A stretch of 64,000 nucleotides of DNA from Chrysomallon squamiferum (taxonomy: Eukaryota; Animalia; Mollusca): NCBI GenBank assembly GCA_012295275.1, contig CM022678.1, positions 5,828,001 through 5,892,000 of the forward strand. The letters run 5' to 3'. Below the pieces are notes generated by a model. It was not told where the DNA came from, did no database searches, and saw only the letters and a list, made by a program, of their open reading frames with translations. The position numbers were made by a program, and so were the translations under genes. Each line of letters begins with the position of its first letter. The stretch's first letter is position 1. Shown here in pieces: positions 25,601 through 39,163 of this stretch.

Positions 25601-25949
25601 ATCTCTTGTTTTAATCTCCATGGAGATTTTTGTTTATGATTATGTTAAAAAAAAATATGACTAGAGCTACTAAGTGTTTTGAAATAAAGTACAAGTTTAA
25701 ACTCCTCAAGCAAAAAAAAAAAAAAAAAAAAAAAAATGTTTGACTGGCTTATTGTTATTCTTTATCATTAATAATAAAATGCAAGAAGTCTTTTTCAGTG
25801 GTTTTGAGTTTCCTTAACATTATAACACATTTAGTAATAAACATTTCAGTATTGATACACATATATGTATATATAATATCGCTCAGTCTGCACATAATAC
25901 ATTATTTTTTATCAAAAAAACAACACACGTATTTATAACATACCAAATA

Positions 25950-27480
25950 AATAATTTTCTATATCAACTGTATATGTGCTCAATACTATGTAACTAGTGG
26001 ATATCTATCTCAGATTCTAGTTATCAACCTGATCTGTGCATAATACTACATGAACTAGATATATATACATGTACTCCCAGTTAGCACATACATACATAAT
26101 ACTGCCTATTGACCAGATATATATATATATAAAACTACCACCAACTAGATATATATACACTAATACTTCCCCATCAGTTAGATCTATACATATTACTCCC
26201 AGCACTAGATGTAAACTTCATAAATATGCATAATACTTGCCTGTAGATAGGTATATACATAACATTCCCAGCCATAATGCTGATATCTACATAATACTGC
26301 CTATTATTTTGATTTATACATAAATTCCCTATCAATTATATCTATATAATATACCAGTCAACCAGATATATACACAACTCTTCCAGCCAACTAGATGTAC
26401 ACACATAATACTGTATGTCAACCTGATACACAGGGTGTCCCAAAAGTAACCGAAACCCCAAACTTAAATAAAATTAGATATTAAAAACAACAAATTTAAT
26501 CTGTATGTTTAGTATTTACAAATGTTCAAAATGTCTACCTTGGACTTCAATACAGTCACTGTTTTTGGACAACCCTTTTTAGGAGCATTTGACACACTTC
26601 CAGTTACTTCAAATTTGGATACAAGATTGAACACTGTTGATTTACTCAGTACAGGTGTTCTAAAGTTTACTTCCCATCTTTCATCAACATGCTTGTAGCT
26701 AGTCATTGCATAATAATTCTTAATAATGAAGATACGTTCGTTTAAAGCTAAAGTTCTTTGCGAGGGTACCATTTCAAGTCAAACCATGGAGAGTCCAATA
26801 ACACGCTAGAACAGAAGTCTCGATCACGAAAAACACTACAATCAGGTAACAAAAATCATTCCAAAGACTACTACTGAAGAAGTAAATGAATAGTACAAAA
26901 GATAACATAAAATGACATAAAAGATGGAATTAAATTTGTTATTTTTAACATCTAATTTTATTTAAGTTTGCGGTTCGGTTACTTTTAGGACACCCTGTAT
27001 AATAACACTCCCATCTGTACATAATATTGCCTACTATTTTGATTTATACATAAATTCACTATCAATTATATCTGTATAATACACCAATCAACCAGATATA
27101 TACATAATACTGCCAGCCAACTAGATGTACACACATAATACTGCCTGTCAACCTGATATATAATAATACTCCCATCTGTACATAATACTGGCTATTGTTT
27201 TGATTTATACATAAATTTACTATGAATTATATCTATATAATACTACCAATCAACCAGATATATACATAATATTCCCAGCCAACTAGATATACACATACAC
27301 AATAAATTCTCTAACAATTATATCTAAACGATGCTCCCAGCCTACTCTATATATATATATATATATATATACATAATACTGTCTATCAACTAAATATATA
27401 CATAATACTCCCAATCAATTATATATATTTAATACTGCTGATCAACCAGACATATTTATAATATTCTCAGCCAAATAGAT

Positions 27481-27522
<42 letters not shown>

Positions 27523-27830
27523 TATATATATACATAATATTGTCTATCAACTAAATATATACATAATACTCCCAGTCAATTATATATATTTAATACTGCT
27601 GATCAACCAGATATATTTATAATATTCTCAGCCAAATAGATATACATACATATATATATATATATATAGATACATAAAACTGTCTACCAACTAGATATAT
27701 ACATAATACACCTTATCAACTAGATATATACAAAATACTCCACTACATAATACTACCTAACATTAGATATCTAAATATAATACTGACTGACAATAGATAT
27801 ATGCATAATATTCTAAAAATATATAGTCAT
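25950..27830. repeat. Degenerate ~29-bp satellite (ACATAATACT...CAACTAGATAT) with ~160-bp higher-order units, interrupted by a transposon
   Basis: Recurrent cataatact / caactagat motifs; near-identical ~160-bp blocks starting near 26288, 27019 and 27180. Confidence 0.85.
26431..26997 (-). mobile_element. Non-autonomous, internally deleted Tc1/mariner-superfamily DNA transposon (567 bp)
   Basis: Imperfect ~70-bp TIRs (CAGGGTGTCCCAAAAGTAACCGAA... / ...TTCGGTTACTTTTAGGACACCCTG). TA on the right flank, CA on the left. The - strand ORF 26509-26772 resembles the N-terminal HTH of Tc3-like transposases (ERIFIIKNYY...SKSTVFNLVSKFEVTGSV...GCPKTV), and another frame gives a typical C-terminal CIEVQGRHFEHL*. 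Confidence 0.92.
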
Positions 27831-28808
27831 ATATAACTCTCCCTATCAAATGGAACTATATATTTTACTTTCTATTAATTAAAAAGACTGCAACCATAAT
27901 TAATGTTAGGTAATGAACAGCCTAAATTACTTTTCTATGCTACAAAATAATGGCTTGTAGCATACAGCACCAGGTGTCATTTCTTGTTATATTACTAAAA
28001 ACAAAACAAATACTGATACCAGAAATTGTTAACAGCAATATGTTAAGAGGTACATCTAAGCAATAAGTTTTCTTTTTTCACAAAATGCATAGATAGATGG
28101 GTAGATAGATAGATAGATAGACTTAAAACAAAAACAACATAAGAAAAAAAGAACATTCATAATAATTGATTAAAATAAACAAAAATATGTAATAAACAAA
28201 ACATTTTTTAAAAAACATTAATTTTTTTTATCTTAAACTTACCCTCTTTCCTTTCTATTGTTGTGATGACAGGGATACTGCAGACAGTTAAGTAAATTAG
28301 TTTTTCTGTTATTACATCATCAGAAGTTATGTTCTTCCATAGCAAACAGTGAAATCAGTAAACATTCTTATTCTCCATGACTTTGAATAATACTGAATTG
28401 TGGTTAGTTTACAGATAACAAAATAATAAATGTTAATAATAAAACAATAATTAAATGTTAACCAGTTTAAAAGGTTCATGTTTACTGGAATAAGTTAATT
28501 AATTTATATTTATTTCAAAACATTTATATCTGCTAAATTTATCCAAAATGTAAAAAATAGTTATAACTGAAAGAAATTAGATTCTAAACAGTCAAACTGA
28601 AATTATTTTTTCAGGTAACATGCTATTTTTTCTATTGTTGCTTCTTGATTGCAGCAATATTATTTAAACAATGGTTTTGTTGATATTTTTTCAATTTCAG
28701 TAATTAAAAAATATAAAAAAAAAAATAAAAAAAAATAATAAAAAAATAAAAAGTATATACTGTTATTTCAACATTTTGTTTATTTATTTTATTTTATATT
28801 GTTTTTTG

Positions 28809-28861
<53 letters not shown>

Positions 28862-30051
28862 TTATATTTCATGTTCAGGATAAACATTTTAAATTTAGGA
28901 CTTTTATTAAATAAAGTTATTTTTGTTTATAGCAAACAACTAACATTATTTTATTTTTCATGATTGAAAGTGATAGGTGTAAAAGAAAAGAAAGAAAAAA
29001 AAAAACACGTTTAAACGTGATAATCAATGTAGATCCCTTTAATCAGTTAAAAAATAATTAAATATGCAGTGTTTTTCAGTTTGAAATAAACTATTAAAAC
29101 CCTAAAGAATCTAATTTTGGTTTCAAATATTAACATTAAATTTTTTTATCATTATTTAGTCTCTGAAATTAAAATATCAACGAAAACACCATTGTTGTCA
29201 CTGATCTGATCCGGTCATGTTTGCAAACAATAAATCATATTCCTAGTCAAATAAATCAACCGGATTAAATTAGATAAAATTATTCTTGTTTCGTTACCTC
29301 TAAATTGACCTAGGGAACCATCGATAAATCAAAATTTTGTTAAAGTCACGTACAAATTAGGATGTTCACAAATTCCCATAAGCAGACGAACATAGCTTCT
29401 GATGACGTAACATAATGCTTAATTTGCATATCTGAATATAGTACCCAAGGGCAGATAACTAGATAATAAACAATGTTTCGCGTTTCGATATTAGATTAAA
29501 ATCAGTAATGTAAGCACTAATTAAACTGTATTTAAAATTAAATCAAAACAGTTTTAACCGAATATTTTTTCTATACTGTAATAAAACTGTGTGATGATGA
29601 TGATGATAATAATAGTAATAATAATAATAATCCTACAAATAGATTTTTACAAACTTTTTACAGTATTTAGATTTTAAAAAAAAGGAAAATAATAGGTGTT
29701 TTGTTATAACGATTTCCTTCCAAAGAGATAATTTTCAACATTTTCCACTTTCATAAACGTAAATATAAAATATTTCAGTGTAACATAAATTGGTACTGCA
29801 TGTGAGAAAATGAGAATATGGCACTTGTTTGAAACTCTGAATAAAAGTCATAACTATTTGAAACAGACAAAGTAAAATTCAGGCTTAAAATAAGCGTTTA
29901 AAAAATATCAGAGGTGAAAGCTATGTATTTTTAAGAGTTGAAAAGATAGAATGTTTCGAAATATTCAAATAAAGATAATTACTGAGTAACGACCCTTGTA
30001 CTTATCCTTTGACAGTAACTATTTGAAATAAATTATATTTTTACACTGAAT

Positions 30052-30053
<2 letters not shown>

Positions 30054-30147
<94 letters not shown>

Positions 30148-30161
30148 CTCTCTCTCTCTCT
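30054..30161. repeat. (CT)n microsatellite, ~108 bp
   Basis: Near-perfect run with one CG interruption. Confidence 0.95.
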
Positions 30162-30977
30162 GCCAACGAAACAATACATTTATATATTATTACCCGAATA
30201 ATTATTTTCTGTTAAAAATGTATTTAGTCCAAGCCAGTGTCATTTGACTGATATTTTTATTTCATTTTCCTATTTCTCAGTCTATTCCTGAAAGAAAGAA
30301 TACTGATGATAATAAATTATATATATATAAAAGGAACAAGAAAGAAATTTGTTTTATAGACATTAATTCCACATTATATTAGGAGGAATGCCCTGACAAT
30401 TCTGAAATACTTGTTGGGTTGTCATGTTGTTGGGTTGTCATGCCATAATTACATATAATAAACGTCTTGATTATACAGGTTGTCAAGGTTCTAGTAATTA
30501 AAATGAACCTGTTTAGTTCTTTTTTTAATAAATATTCTGGCATATTTAACTCAGGGCTCATAAACAACACGTATATTGTAATCTTATGAAAAATCAAAAA
30601 CACAATCTGTCTTTCATAATTTAATAACTTTACACCGGCACGTGCACACCCAGTGAATACAGGCGTTGAGAAATATAAAATTTCGAAAGAGTAATCGTGG
30701 GGAAGTGGATTTTAGCTCTTACCCCTTTCCGTTCCAACATCAGTCCCACAGACCTCAGCATCCCTTATTAGTAGTATTATTACTGTTGTTGTTCTTGGTG
30801 GTGGCGGTGTCGTCGTTGTTGTTATTTTTGTTGATAGTGTCGTTTTTATGTTATTGTTATTTTTGTTGATAGTGTCGTGTTTATGTTATTGTTATAATTT
30901 TTGACTGATGTTGATATATATCTTTTTAATAATAGTTATTGTGTTTGTTGCTATTACTGTTTATTACTGCTACTACG

Positions 30978-31028
<51 letters not shown>

Positions 31029-33399
31029 GTGTTGTAGTTGTAGTTGTCATTGTTACTGTTATCGTTTTTATTCCTGATTTCATTTTAGTTATTCTGTCAG
31101 TAAAACATTTTGATTATTGTTGTTATTGTCCTTCGTTATATTGGTATTCATTAATTTATAAGGTAAGTTTATAAAATACAAGAAGAAGGAGAAGGAGAAG
31201 AAACCTAAAACCAAAAACCATAACGACGGGCGATTTTATAAGCATTAAAATAATAAAATCAAACTATTTAACTCAGCTTCAAGATAATCAGCGATTGTAA
31301 GAAAAATGAAATATGCCAGAGTAAGCTCCCTTGCATTCAGTCCGCTACTAAATTAAAAATTTATTCAGCTGCTTTTGTGACGATGATTAATTTATGCATG
31401 TCTACGTTCAATTTAATTAAGTCCCATTAAGCATTCATTTTGTATTTAGACCTGCTAAAAAGCTGTTGTATTCAGAATGAGGCTACACCCGGTTAGTGAG
31501 TGGGTACAAAAATAAAGAGGTAATGAAAATGCACTTTTACACAATTAATTTACCCAAGAAATTAAATATAAGCACGCGCGCGTGCTCAACAAACACACAT
31601 ACATATATACATATAAATATTTTTTTATTTTTTTTATATTTTATTTATTTTTTTATTATTTATTTTTTTTTTTTTATTTATTTTTATTATTATTATTTTT
31701 TTTTTTATTACTATTTTTTTTTTTATTTTTTTTTTTTTTGCATACTTTCCGCCGTCGTATGACGGATAGTTTTTATTTTTATATTATTGTTACTTGAAAA
31801 TGCAGTTTTATTATCAAAATGTTTTACGAGTGTCATTATGGTCTGGGAAATAATAATAATAAGAAGAAGAAGAAGAAGAAGAGCAGCAACAACAACAACA
31901 ACAACAATATATAATAATAGAACATTAATATATACCTTAAAATCAACAAAAAGGAAAGCGTCAACGCTAATTAGATGTGACGTCATAAACGTTTTACGTC
32001 GCTCTCTGTTCTAAATATAGAAAGGTCTGATTCTAAATGGTACCAAAACCAAGAGTTACTTAGTGATCTGCTTTTGGTAGCAGTACAGTAAACTGATGAG
32101 GGGTGGCATAGTATTTGCTCCATTTCTGTTTATTATTGATGATGATGATTTATTTATTTTTTATTTATTTTACTTATTTATTTTATTATATTTTTTTACA
32201 TAATATTTCTATTTATTTATTGTTGTTGCTAATTTATACATTTATATTTTTGGTGTTTATTATTACAATAATTATTTCTTTTATTATTGTGTATTTCTGC
32301 TGTTACAGATTGTTTATTTATGTATTTATTTATTTATTGTTTTGTTACGATAATTATTGCTGTTGTTGTTTCTGACGATTATTAATTTTGAGAACAACAA
32401 CAACAACAAAGTATCAGACTTTTGAGAAAAAAAGTATAATTTGATGGAGAAATGTAGAGTAAAAGCTAAGTTAAACATCCGATTCTTTTTCCTTCTTAAT
32501 TGAGGTTACGTTATCAATACACCTCTCTCTTTATCATTATTTATTCCTAACCAATTTATATTCCATCATAATAAATACTAACAGTTCTATTCAGAGTCAG
32601 ATTTAGATGTGAAATACGAAAGAGGAAGAAGAAGAAAAAGAATCGAATTAATATTAACAATAAGATACATACATTTTACTTTGTTCTAATTAATCTATGG
32701 CTTCTTGGATTATGTTCATTAATCTGAAAAGAAGATTATCTTTTTGTTGATTTCATGTGTACAAAAAAAAAAAAAAAAAAAGCCCCCCAAAAAAAAAAAA
32801 AAAAAAAAAGCTAATTCATCATAATAACATTTTTGTTATTTGTCTTTTCTGTTTGAAGATAGAGAAAAAAAAGTTTTAACAATAACTAGTTGTTTTACTT
32901 GTTGTAGTTTTAGCAGTAAAGACAGTAGTAGTATAGCATAGTAACAGAAGAAGTAGTAGTAATAGTAGTTGAAACAATAACAATTATGACGATCTGTATG
33001 ATGATGAGAATGTGAAAATTCCTGTGCATTTGATACCACGGATATTTATTGATATTTCACTGAAATAAATGGCTCTCGGAATGCCATGGCGACAGCTATT
33101 TCCTCTTTCGTAACGCTTCACAAAACTCACCATAATTATAATTGACATTTAAAAAAGAAAAATAAAGAAGAAGAAGAAGAAGAAGAAGAAATATATATAC
33201 ACACAAAATTAAAAAAAATAAAATAAAATAAAATGCAACAAATATTCATTATTAAAAAACTGTATCGTAAACACACATTCAGTAATTCGGTTTTCTGTCA
33301 CTAATCAATCATCAAGTTTTTCATGTTATTTTTACAGAATAAAAACGGTTAGAAAAACACATATAGATATATATTGATTTGATTTGAGTAATCTACTTG

Positions 33400-33729
33400 T
33401 AACCAAGCGTTAAATGTCACAGATAATTTATTGGGTGAACATGAACACGGTTGGTTGCGTCAGTTTACTGACAACATAGTTACCAAGGTGAAGGTCGGTG
33501 ACCCGATAATGTGCGAAGGCCGCTTGGAAAAAAAAAAAAAAAAAAAATGACATAAAGGCAGCTTAGATACACCTTGTTTTGGAAGTGGTATCAAGCAAAC
33601 TTTCCGACCGTTCTGCTTTGCCGCGGGTTATCTTTAAATGGCGAGGTAGAAACTTGTCACTTCCATTCATCTATAATGATCGGCAGCAGAGTTTGACAAG
33701 CGAGGCTTTCAATTACGTTTAAAATAATC
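33400..33729 (+). promoter_or_regulatory. Probable promoter/5' UTR of the PAF-acetylhydrolase gene
   Basis: Locally CpG-rich, higher-complexity sequence directly 5' of the ATG; ATTGG (reverse CCAAT) at 33430; in-frame TGA at 33694 upstream of the ATG. Confidence 0.5.
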
Positions 33730-33894
33730 ATGGACGCGCAAGAAAACGCTGGGAGCAGACGAGAAGTTCCTCGCCGACATCTGCCGCCTGGGTCGGGACC
33801 ATACACCGTTGGGACTGTTGATGTGATGTACGAACACAGCGAAGATGGTGCATTTTTCAGACTGTATTACCCAACAGCGAAGACTGACATATTT
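33730..33894 (+). CDS. PLA2G7/PAFAH2: Platelet-activating factor acetylhydrolase (group VII PLA2), coding exon 1 of 9
   Basis: ATG 33730; LPPGSGPYTVGTVDVM...GAFFRLYYPT matches the family N-terminal motif (GPxxVG.xD.M, F.RLYYP); donor GTAAGT at 33895, phase 0. Confidence 0.92.
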
Positions 33895-35589
33895 GTAAGT
33901 AGCATTCATTTATTATTATTATTTTTTTTTAATTTATTTATTTACATTCAAAATGAAAGAAAGATTTTTTTTTTCTCTTAATCTGACAGTTTCTCTGTTT
34001 AGTTACGGTAGTAAAAAAAAAAAAAAAAAAAAAAAATAAGGAAAAAAAAATGAACTAGACTTTCTTAATATCATTTTAAAAAATGGGGATTAAACATATT
34101 AAGTAGTTATTTATTATACTGATTAGAAAACTATGATTTGTTATTTTGTAAATTATAGCAGTTGAAAATATAATATGAAGAAAATATAAAAAAAAGAAGA
34201 AGAAGAAAGAAAGAAATAAAAATAAAAAAAACTAAAAAACAAATAGAAAAACAATATTCTTTTCTTTAATATTAATATTATAATAATAATAATAATAATA
34301 ATACAAAAAGAAGAAGAAAGAAAGAAAAGCATATAAAAAATGAAAACTAAACTTCAAAATATAAAGAAAAAACCCATAAAATATTTGTACTTGTAACTTT
34401 GCAGATGACACAAATACAGTAAAAAAAATAATAATAATAAAACGAAATAAAAATAATAATAAAAATAATTTAAAAAATGCTAAATTATTGAAATCTGTTT
34501 AGTTTGTCAAACTAAAGCAGTGATTATATAAAGGAAATAAAAATATGAATAACATCAAAATCATTATTCCACTGGTTGTAGTTATTATTTTTATTATTAT
34601 TATTATATATTTTTTTTTTAAACATGCCCACACATGCTATTCCATACATTTTTTATAAGATCTTACACATATAGATAGACAAGACTTATGTTTATTCATC
34701 CATGTAATATATACACATACAGACATGTATAGAAATACATACACATGTACACATATAATTTATGATTTATATACATACAAAGATAAAGGTATACGAATGA
34801 AAATACATGTATGTGTGAGGGGATGGGGGAGGGTGTTTATAATCTGTGTGTTTGTGGGTTTATGTGTAAGTGTGTGTGTGTGTGTGTGTGTCTGACATGA
34901 CCATTAGGTAGGAATATATAAGCAAAACAGATACAGTTAAGTTGAATTAGTTTGAATCACTATACAGATGTTACAAAAAGAAAATCAATGTACAGTTTGT
35001 TCAACTCAAATCTTGTGTAATCAAATACATTTACAGGACATACATAAACATTCAGTTAATACAAACATACAATTAATACAAACATGCATAGATATACATA
35101 CATGTACTCACACTTTATATATATATATATATATATATATACTTAATACATTTAAACCTCATTTTTCAAAATGATATTAAGAAAGTCTAGTTTGCATTTC
35201 ATTTTTTTTTTTTTTTTTTAACTACACTAACTAAAGAGAAAACTATAAGATTAAGAAGAAAAACTCTTGCTTTCATTTTTAATGTAAATAAACAAACACA
35301 CATACAAAATAAAATGCACAAAAAAATATAACACATAAGATCCACAAACATACACACACATACAGACATATAAAATGAACTGGCACTCACACACAAAAAA
35401 ACAGATAAATGGAATTATAAATACAACACATTCACACACACATACACAGAAAGATATGGATATACAGATACAACACATACACACAGACTCATTCACACAT
35501 ACACATACACACATACACAGATAGATATGGATATACAGATAAAACACACACACATACACAGATAGATAGATACGGATATAGAGATACAA

Positions 35590-35662
<73 letters not shown>

Positions 35663-35751
35663 TACACGTACACAGATAGATAGATACGGATAAACAGATA
35701 CAACACACACACACACAGACCTAATATTTTGTTTCTTCGTCTTCCTTTCAG

Positions 35752-35866
35752 GAAAAGTACAAACAGTGGCCTCTGTGGTTGCCAAGGAAACAATATGGTC
35801 TTGGATACGTGTATTTTCTAGGCAAAAATCCAAAAGTGTTTGGGAAACTCTTCAATTGGATGGGAG
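35752..35866 (+). CDS. PLA2G7/PAFAH2: PAF-acetylhydrolase exon 2 (EKYKQWPLWLPRKQYGLGYVYFLGKNPKVFGKLFNWMG)
   Basis: cttcctttcAG acceptor, G|GTATGT donor, phase 0 to 1; LWxP..xY..G family motif. Confidence 0.9.
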
Positions 35867-36212
35867 GTATGTAACTCACCAGGTTTATTGTTATCCCTTA
35901 GTTTATATCAATAGACAGACAGACGAATGGAAGGATGGAGGGAGGGATGGATTCATTAAATGACAAGCTGGCCAGCAGATAAGAATATAGATAGTTAGGA
36001 ATACTGAGGCTTAGATGGATGTTCAGACAGACATACAAACAGATAAATAGATAGAGGAATCGATGAACAGATGGATAGACAAGCAGCTATAGAGATAAAC
36101 AATAAAACGGATACATAATGAATAGAATCAATGATTATATCTCTCTATCTATCTATCTATCTATCTATGTGTGTGTGTGTGTGTGTATTTATATATTTAT
36201 TTATTTATTATA

Positions 36213-36256
<44 letters not shown>

Positions 36257-36381
36257 TCAGATCAGACAAACACATACACATACACATACACAGACATACC
36301 GACTACCAAATTATGAAGAATAAATGAAAGTAAATTAAATTAGTTTCAACATATATGTATGTGTGTGTGTGTGTCTGTGTT

Positions 36382-36437
<56 letters not shown>

Positions 36438-37957
36438 CATACACACTTAACCTTTAAAAAAAATGTGAGTACAGCATGGGTATTAACTTTAAGAAGAAAA
36501 AAAAAAAAAAGATTTTTTTATCTGACTCATATTAATGTGTAAAAATAAAAACTTCACTATTGACCAAACACCATACAAATAATTTACATTTCTGAATACT
36601 TATTATCTTTACTACCATCTATACAACATAAATACTTTACATTACAAGATAAGTTGTCTGATTTTTAAGTATAGGTCATAGATAGACCTTTTATGTTTTG
36701 TTTTTTGTTTTTAATAGAATACAGTTGAAGCATGCCTTTTGTCTGCAGTAATGGATTTGAAATATAGGTCACAGATGGATGAGTTTTTATTTTTTGAAAG
36801 AATATCACTGTAGCATGCCTGTTATGGCACAGATTTATGACTTCACAATTATTCTTTTTAATCAGTTATTCTTAGTTATTATTTAGGTCAATTTGAGCAA
36901 GTTATAATCAGTAATAAATGATGACAATAAAATAATATTGTTTTAAAATATGCCACATTTTTGCCTTTACCATTGTATTCATGGTGTTTTTCAATTCTTT
37001 TTTTTTTTTTTTTTTTTTTTTTTTCTTCATTGCTTTAAGAAACAAGAATAAACTGGTTTAACCTGTATCTGATGACATCAGAATTACATAAAATGGCAGC
37101 CCCCAGATAGATTTTTTTTTTTTTTAAATTCTGTTCTTTTGTTGTTATACTTTAATTGAAAAACCAAATAAAATATAATTTAGAAGTGTTCAGATACTTT
37201 CTTCAAATTACAAGAACTTGGAAATGTGTACAATATATTTTTCTTTGTTTTACCAAAAGTATACTTAAAGCATACTTGCATATAGTTCAATAACTTTATT
37301 ATTAAATATTCTGTGTATTTTCAACTAATTGTTTTAAAAAACACATTTTGCATACTTCTAAGAATTTATTTATTTATTTATTAATATATTTTAAAAAAAA
37401 AATTAAATCTACAAATATATTTATTTAGTTAATTTCTTTATTGATACTGTTATTATTATTTTTAAATTAAATCTACACATGGTATTACATAATCAAGTGC
37501 CTTAAGTTATACATTTTCTGATTAATTTTCTGAATAATTTATTATTTAGTTTTACCCTAATCTTTAATAATAATAAAGTAATACTGTTCAGTTCATGTAT
37601 CTGGCTTTAGTTATTACATTGCATAATTAACAGTTAATAATTAATGAGTTTGGTGATTCACAAATTAGTTTACAAAGTTCTAAATTTGATCGCCAATTAT
37701 TTGTCAGTATGATTTATTGATCATTAATTTATTCATTATTATTGATTTTTTAATCATCTAGAATTCCTTTTTTAACTTATCAATTATTCATTTATTCATT
37801 ATCAATTACTCATTTATTCATTATCAATTACTCATTTATTCATTATCAATTATTCATTATTATTCATTCTTTTTTTCATTTAATAATTGTCTATTCTATA
37901 TTCCTTATTAATTATTAATTCATTGTTTATTCTTGTTAAGTCACTGTTTGGTTAAAA

Positions 37958-38025
<68 letters not shown>

Positions 38026-38107
38026 TAAATGAATAAATAAATAAATAAATAAATAAAAAATAATAATAAATAAATAAATAAATAAAAATATTATTCGTGT
38101 TTTACAG

Positions 38108-38273
38108 GTGATGTGTATGTACCTGCACTGTGGCAGGCTCCGATGCTGCGAAATGGAAAGAAGTTTCCGATAATTGTCTTGTCTCACGGTTTGGGTGGTA
38201 ACAGGACAACGTACACAACGTTGTGTTGCAACCTCGCTTCACACGGTTTTGTTGTGGCAGCCCTCGAACATAG
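38108..38273 (+). CDS. PLA2G7/PAFAH2: PAF-acetylhydrolase exon 3 (..KKFPIIVLSHGLGGNRTTYTTLCCNLASHGFVVAALEHR)
   Basis: SHGLG oxyanion-region motif and LASHGFVVAALEHR; AG 38106-38107, GT 38274; phase 1 to 2. Confidence 0.95.
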
Positions 38274-38312
38274 GTACTTGTAAACAAACATATTTATATT
38301 GTTGCTGTTTTG

Positions 38313-38345
<33 letters not shown>

Positions 38346-38819
38346 GTTATTAGTCATTGTTGTTATTATTATTATTGTAGTTATTGTATTGATTATTATT
38401 ATAGTTGTTTTCATTATTATTATTATTATTATTATAGTTATTATTATTTTTGTTGTTGTTGTTATTATAGTTGTTATTATTATTACTTTTATTTTATTGT
38501 TGTTCATATTGTTATTGCTGTTTTTAGTCATTATTATCAATTTTTTACTCTTTATTGCTTTTATTTATTGTTATTATTGCTTTTATCATTATTTTATTAC
38601 TATTACTATTATTGTTGTTGTTGTTGTTGTTGTAATGGAAAACAAATTTAATTATCCCAGTAACATATACCCATAACTAGACGATAAAAAGTACATTTTA
38701 CAATTGAGTGAGTTTAGAAATTATATATTATCTATCACGTATTTTGTGGTAAACATCATATTAAATTGTAAATATAACTTTGGTATCTATTGTAATGTGA
38801 TGGGATATATTTGAATATT

Positions 38820-38872
<53 letters not shown>

Positions 38873-39129
38873 CGACTATTACTATGCAAATGACCACATA
38901 ACGTTTATTCAGTCGTATCTACATATATCTCGTAAAACTGTCACAGGTAATGACAGGTTAAATAGCATGGATATATTTTCCTCGTAAATGATGACATAGC
39001 TATAGAGATGAGTAAATTGATCTGTCTGCCTGTACGAAAAAGTACAATTTTCTTTTTATTATTATTTTTATTTACTTATTTTTTCTTATTTTCCTTTCAC
39101 TGTTTTTTTTATTACTGTTGTTGTTGTTG

Positions 39130-39163
<34 letters not shown>

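Noticed and set aside
25683-25737. AATAAA followed by an A-run as a retrocopy/poly(A) tail
   Set aside because: A/T runs of this length are ubiquitous here; no TSD or processed ORF. It could still be the Kv3 poly(A) signal, but this is unsupported.
35199-35750. Long Cys/Val, Ile, Tyr, Leu or Glu/Arg-rich ORFs here and at about 31.5, 38.3, 39.1, 41.0, 47.6, 48.5, 50.3 and 62.8 kb
   Set aside because: Translations of (TG)n, (ATT)n, (ATTT)n and (AG)n microsatellites within introns or intergenic DNA.
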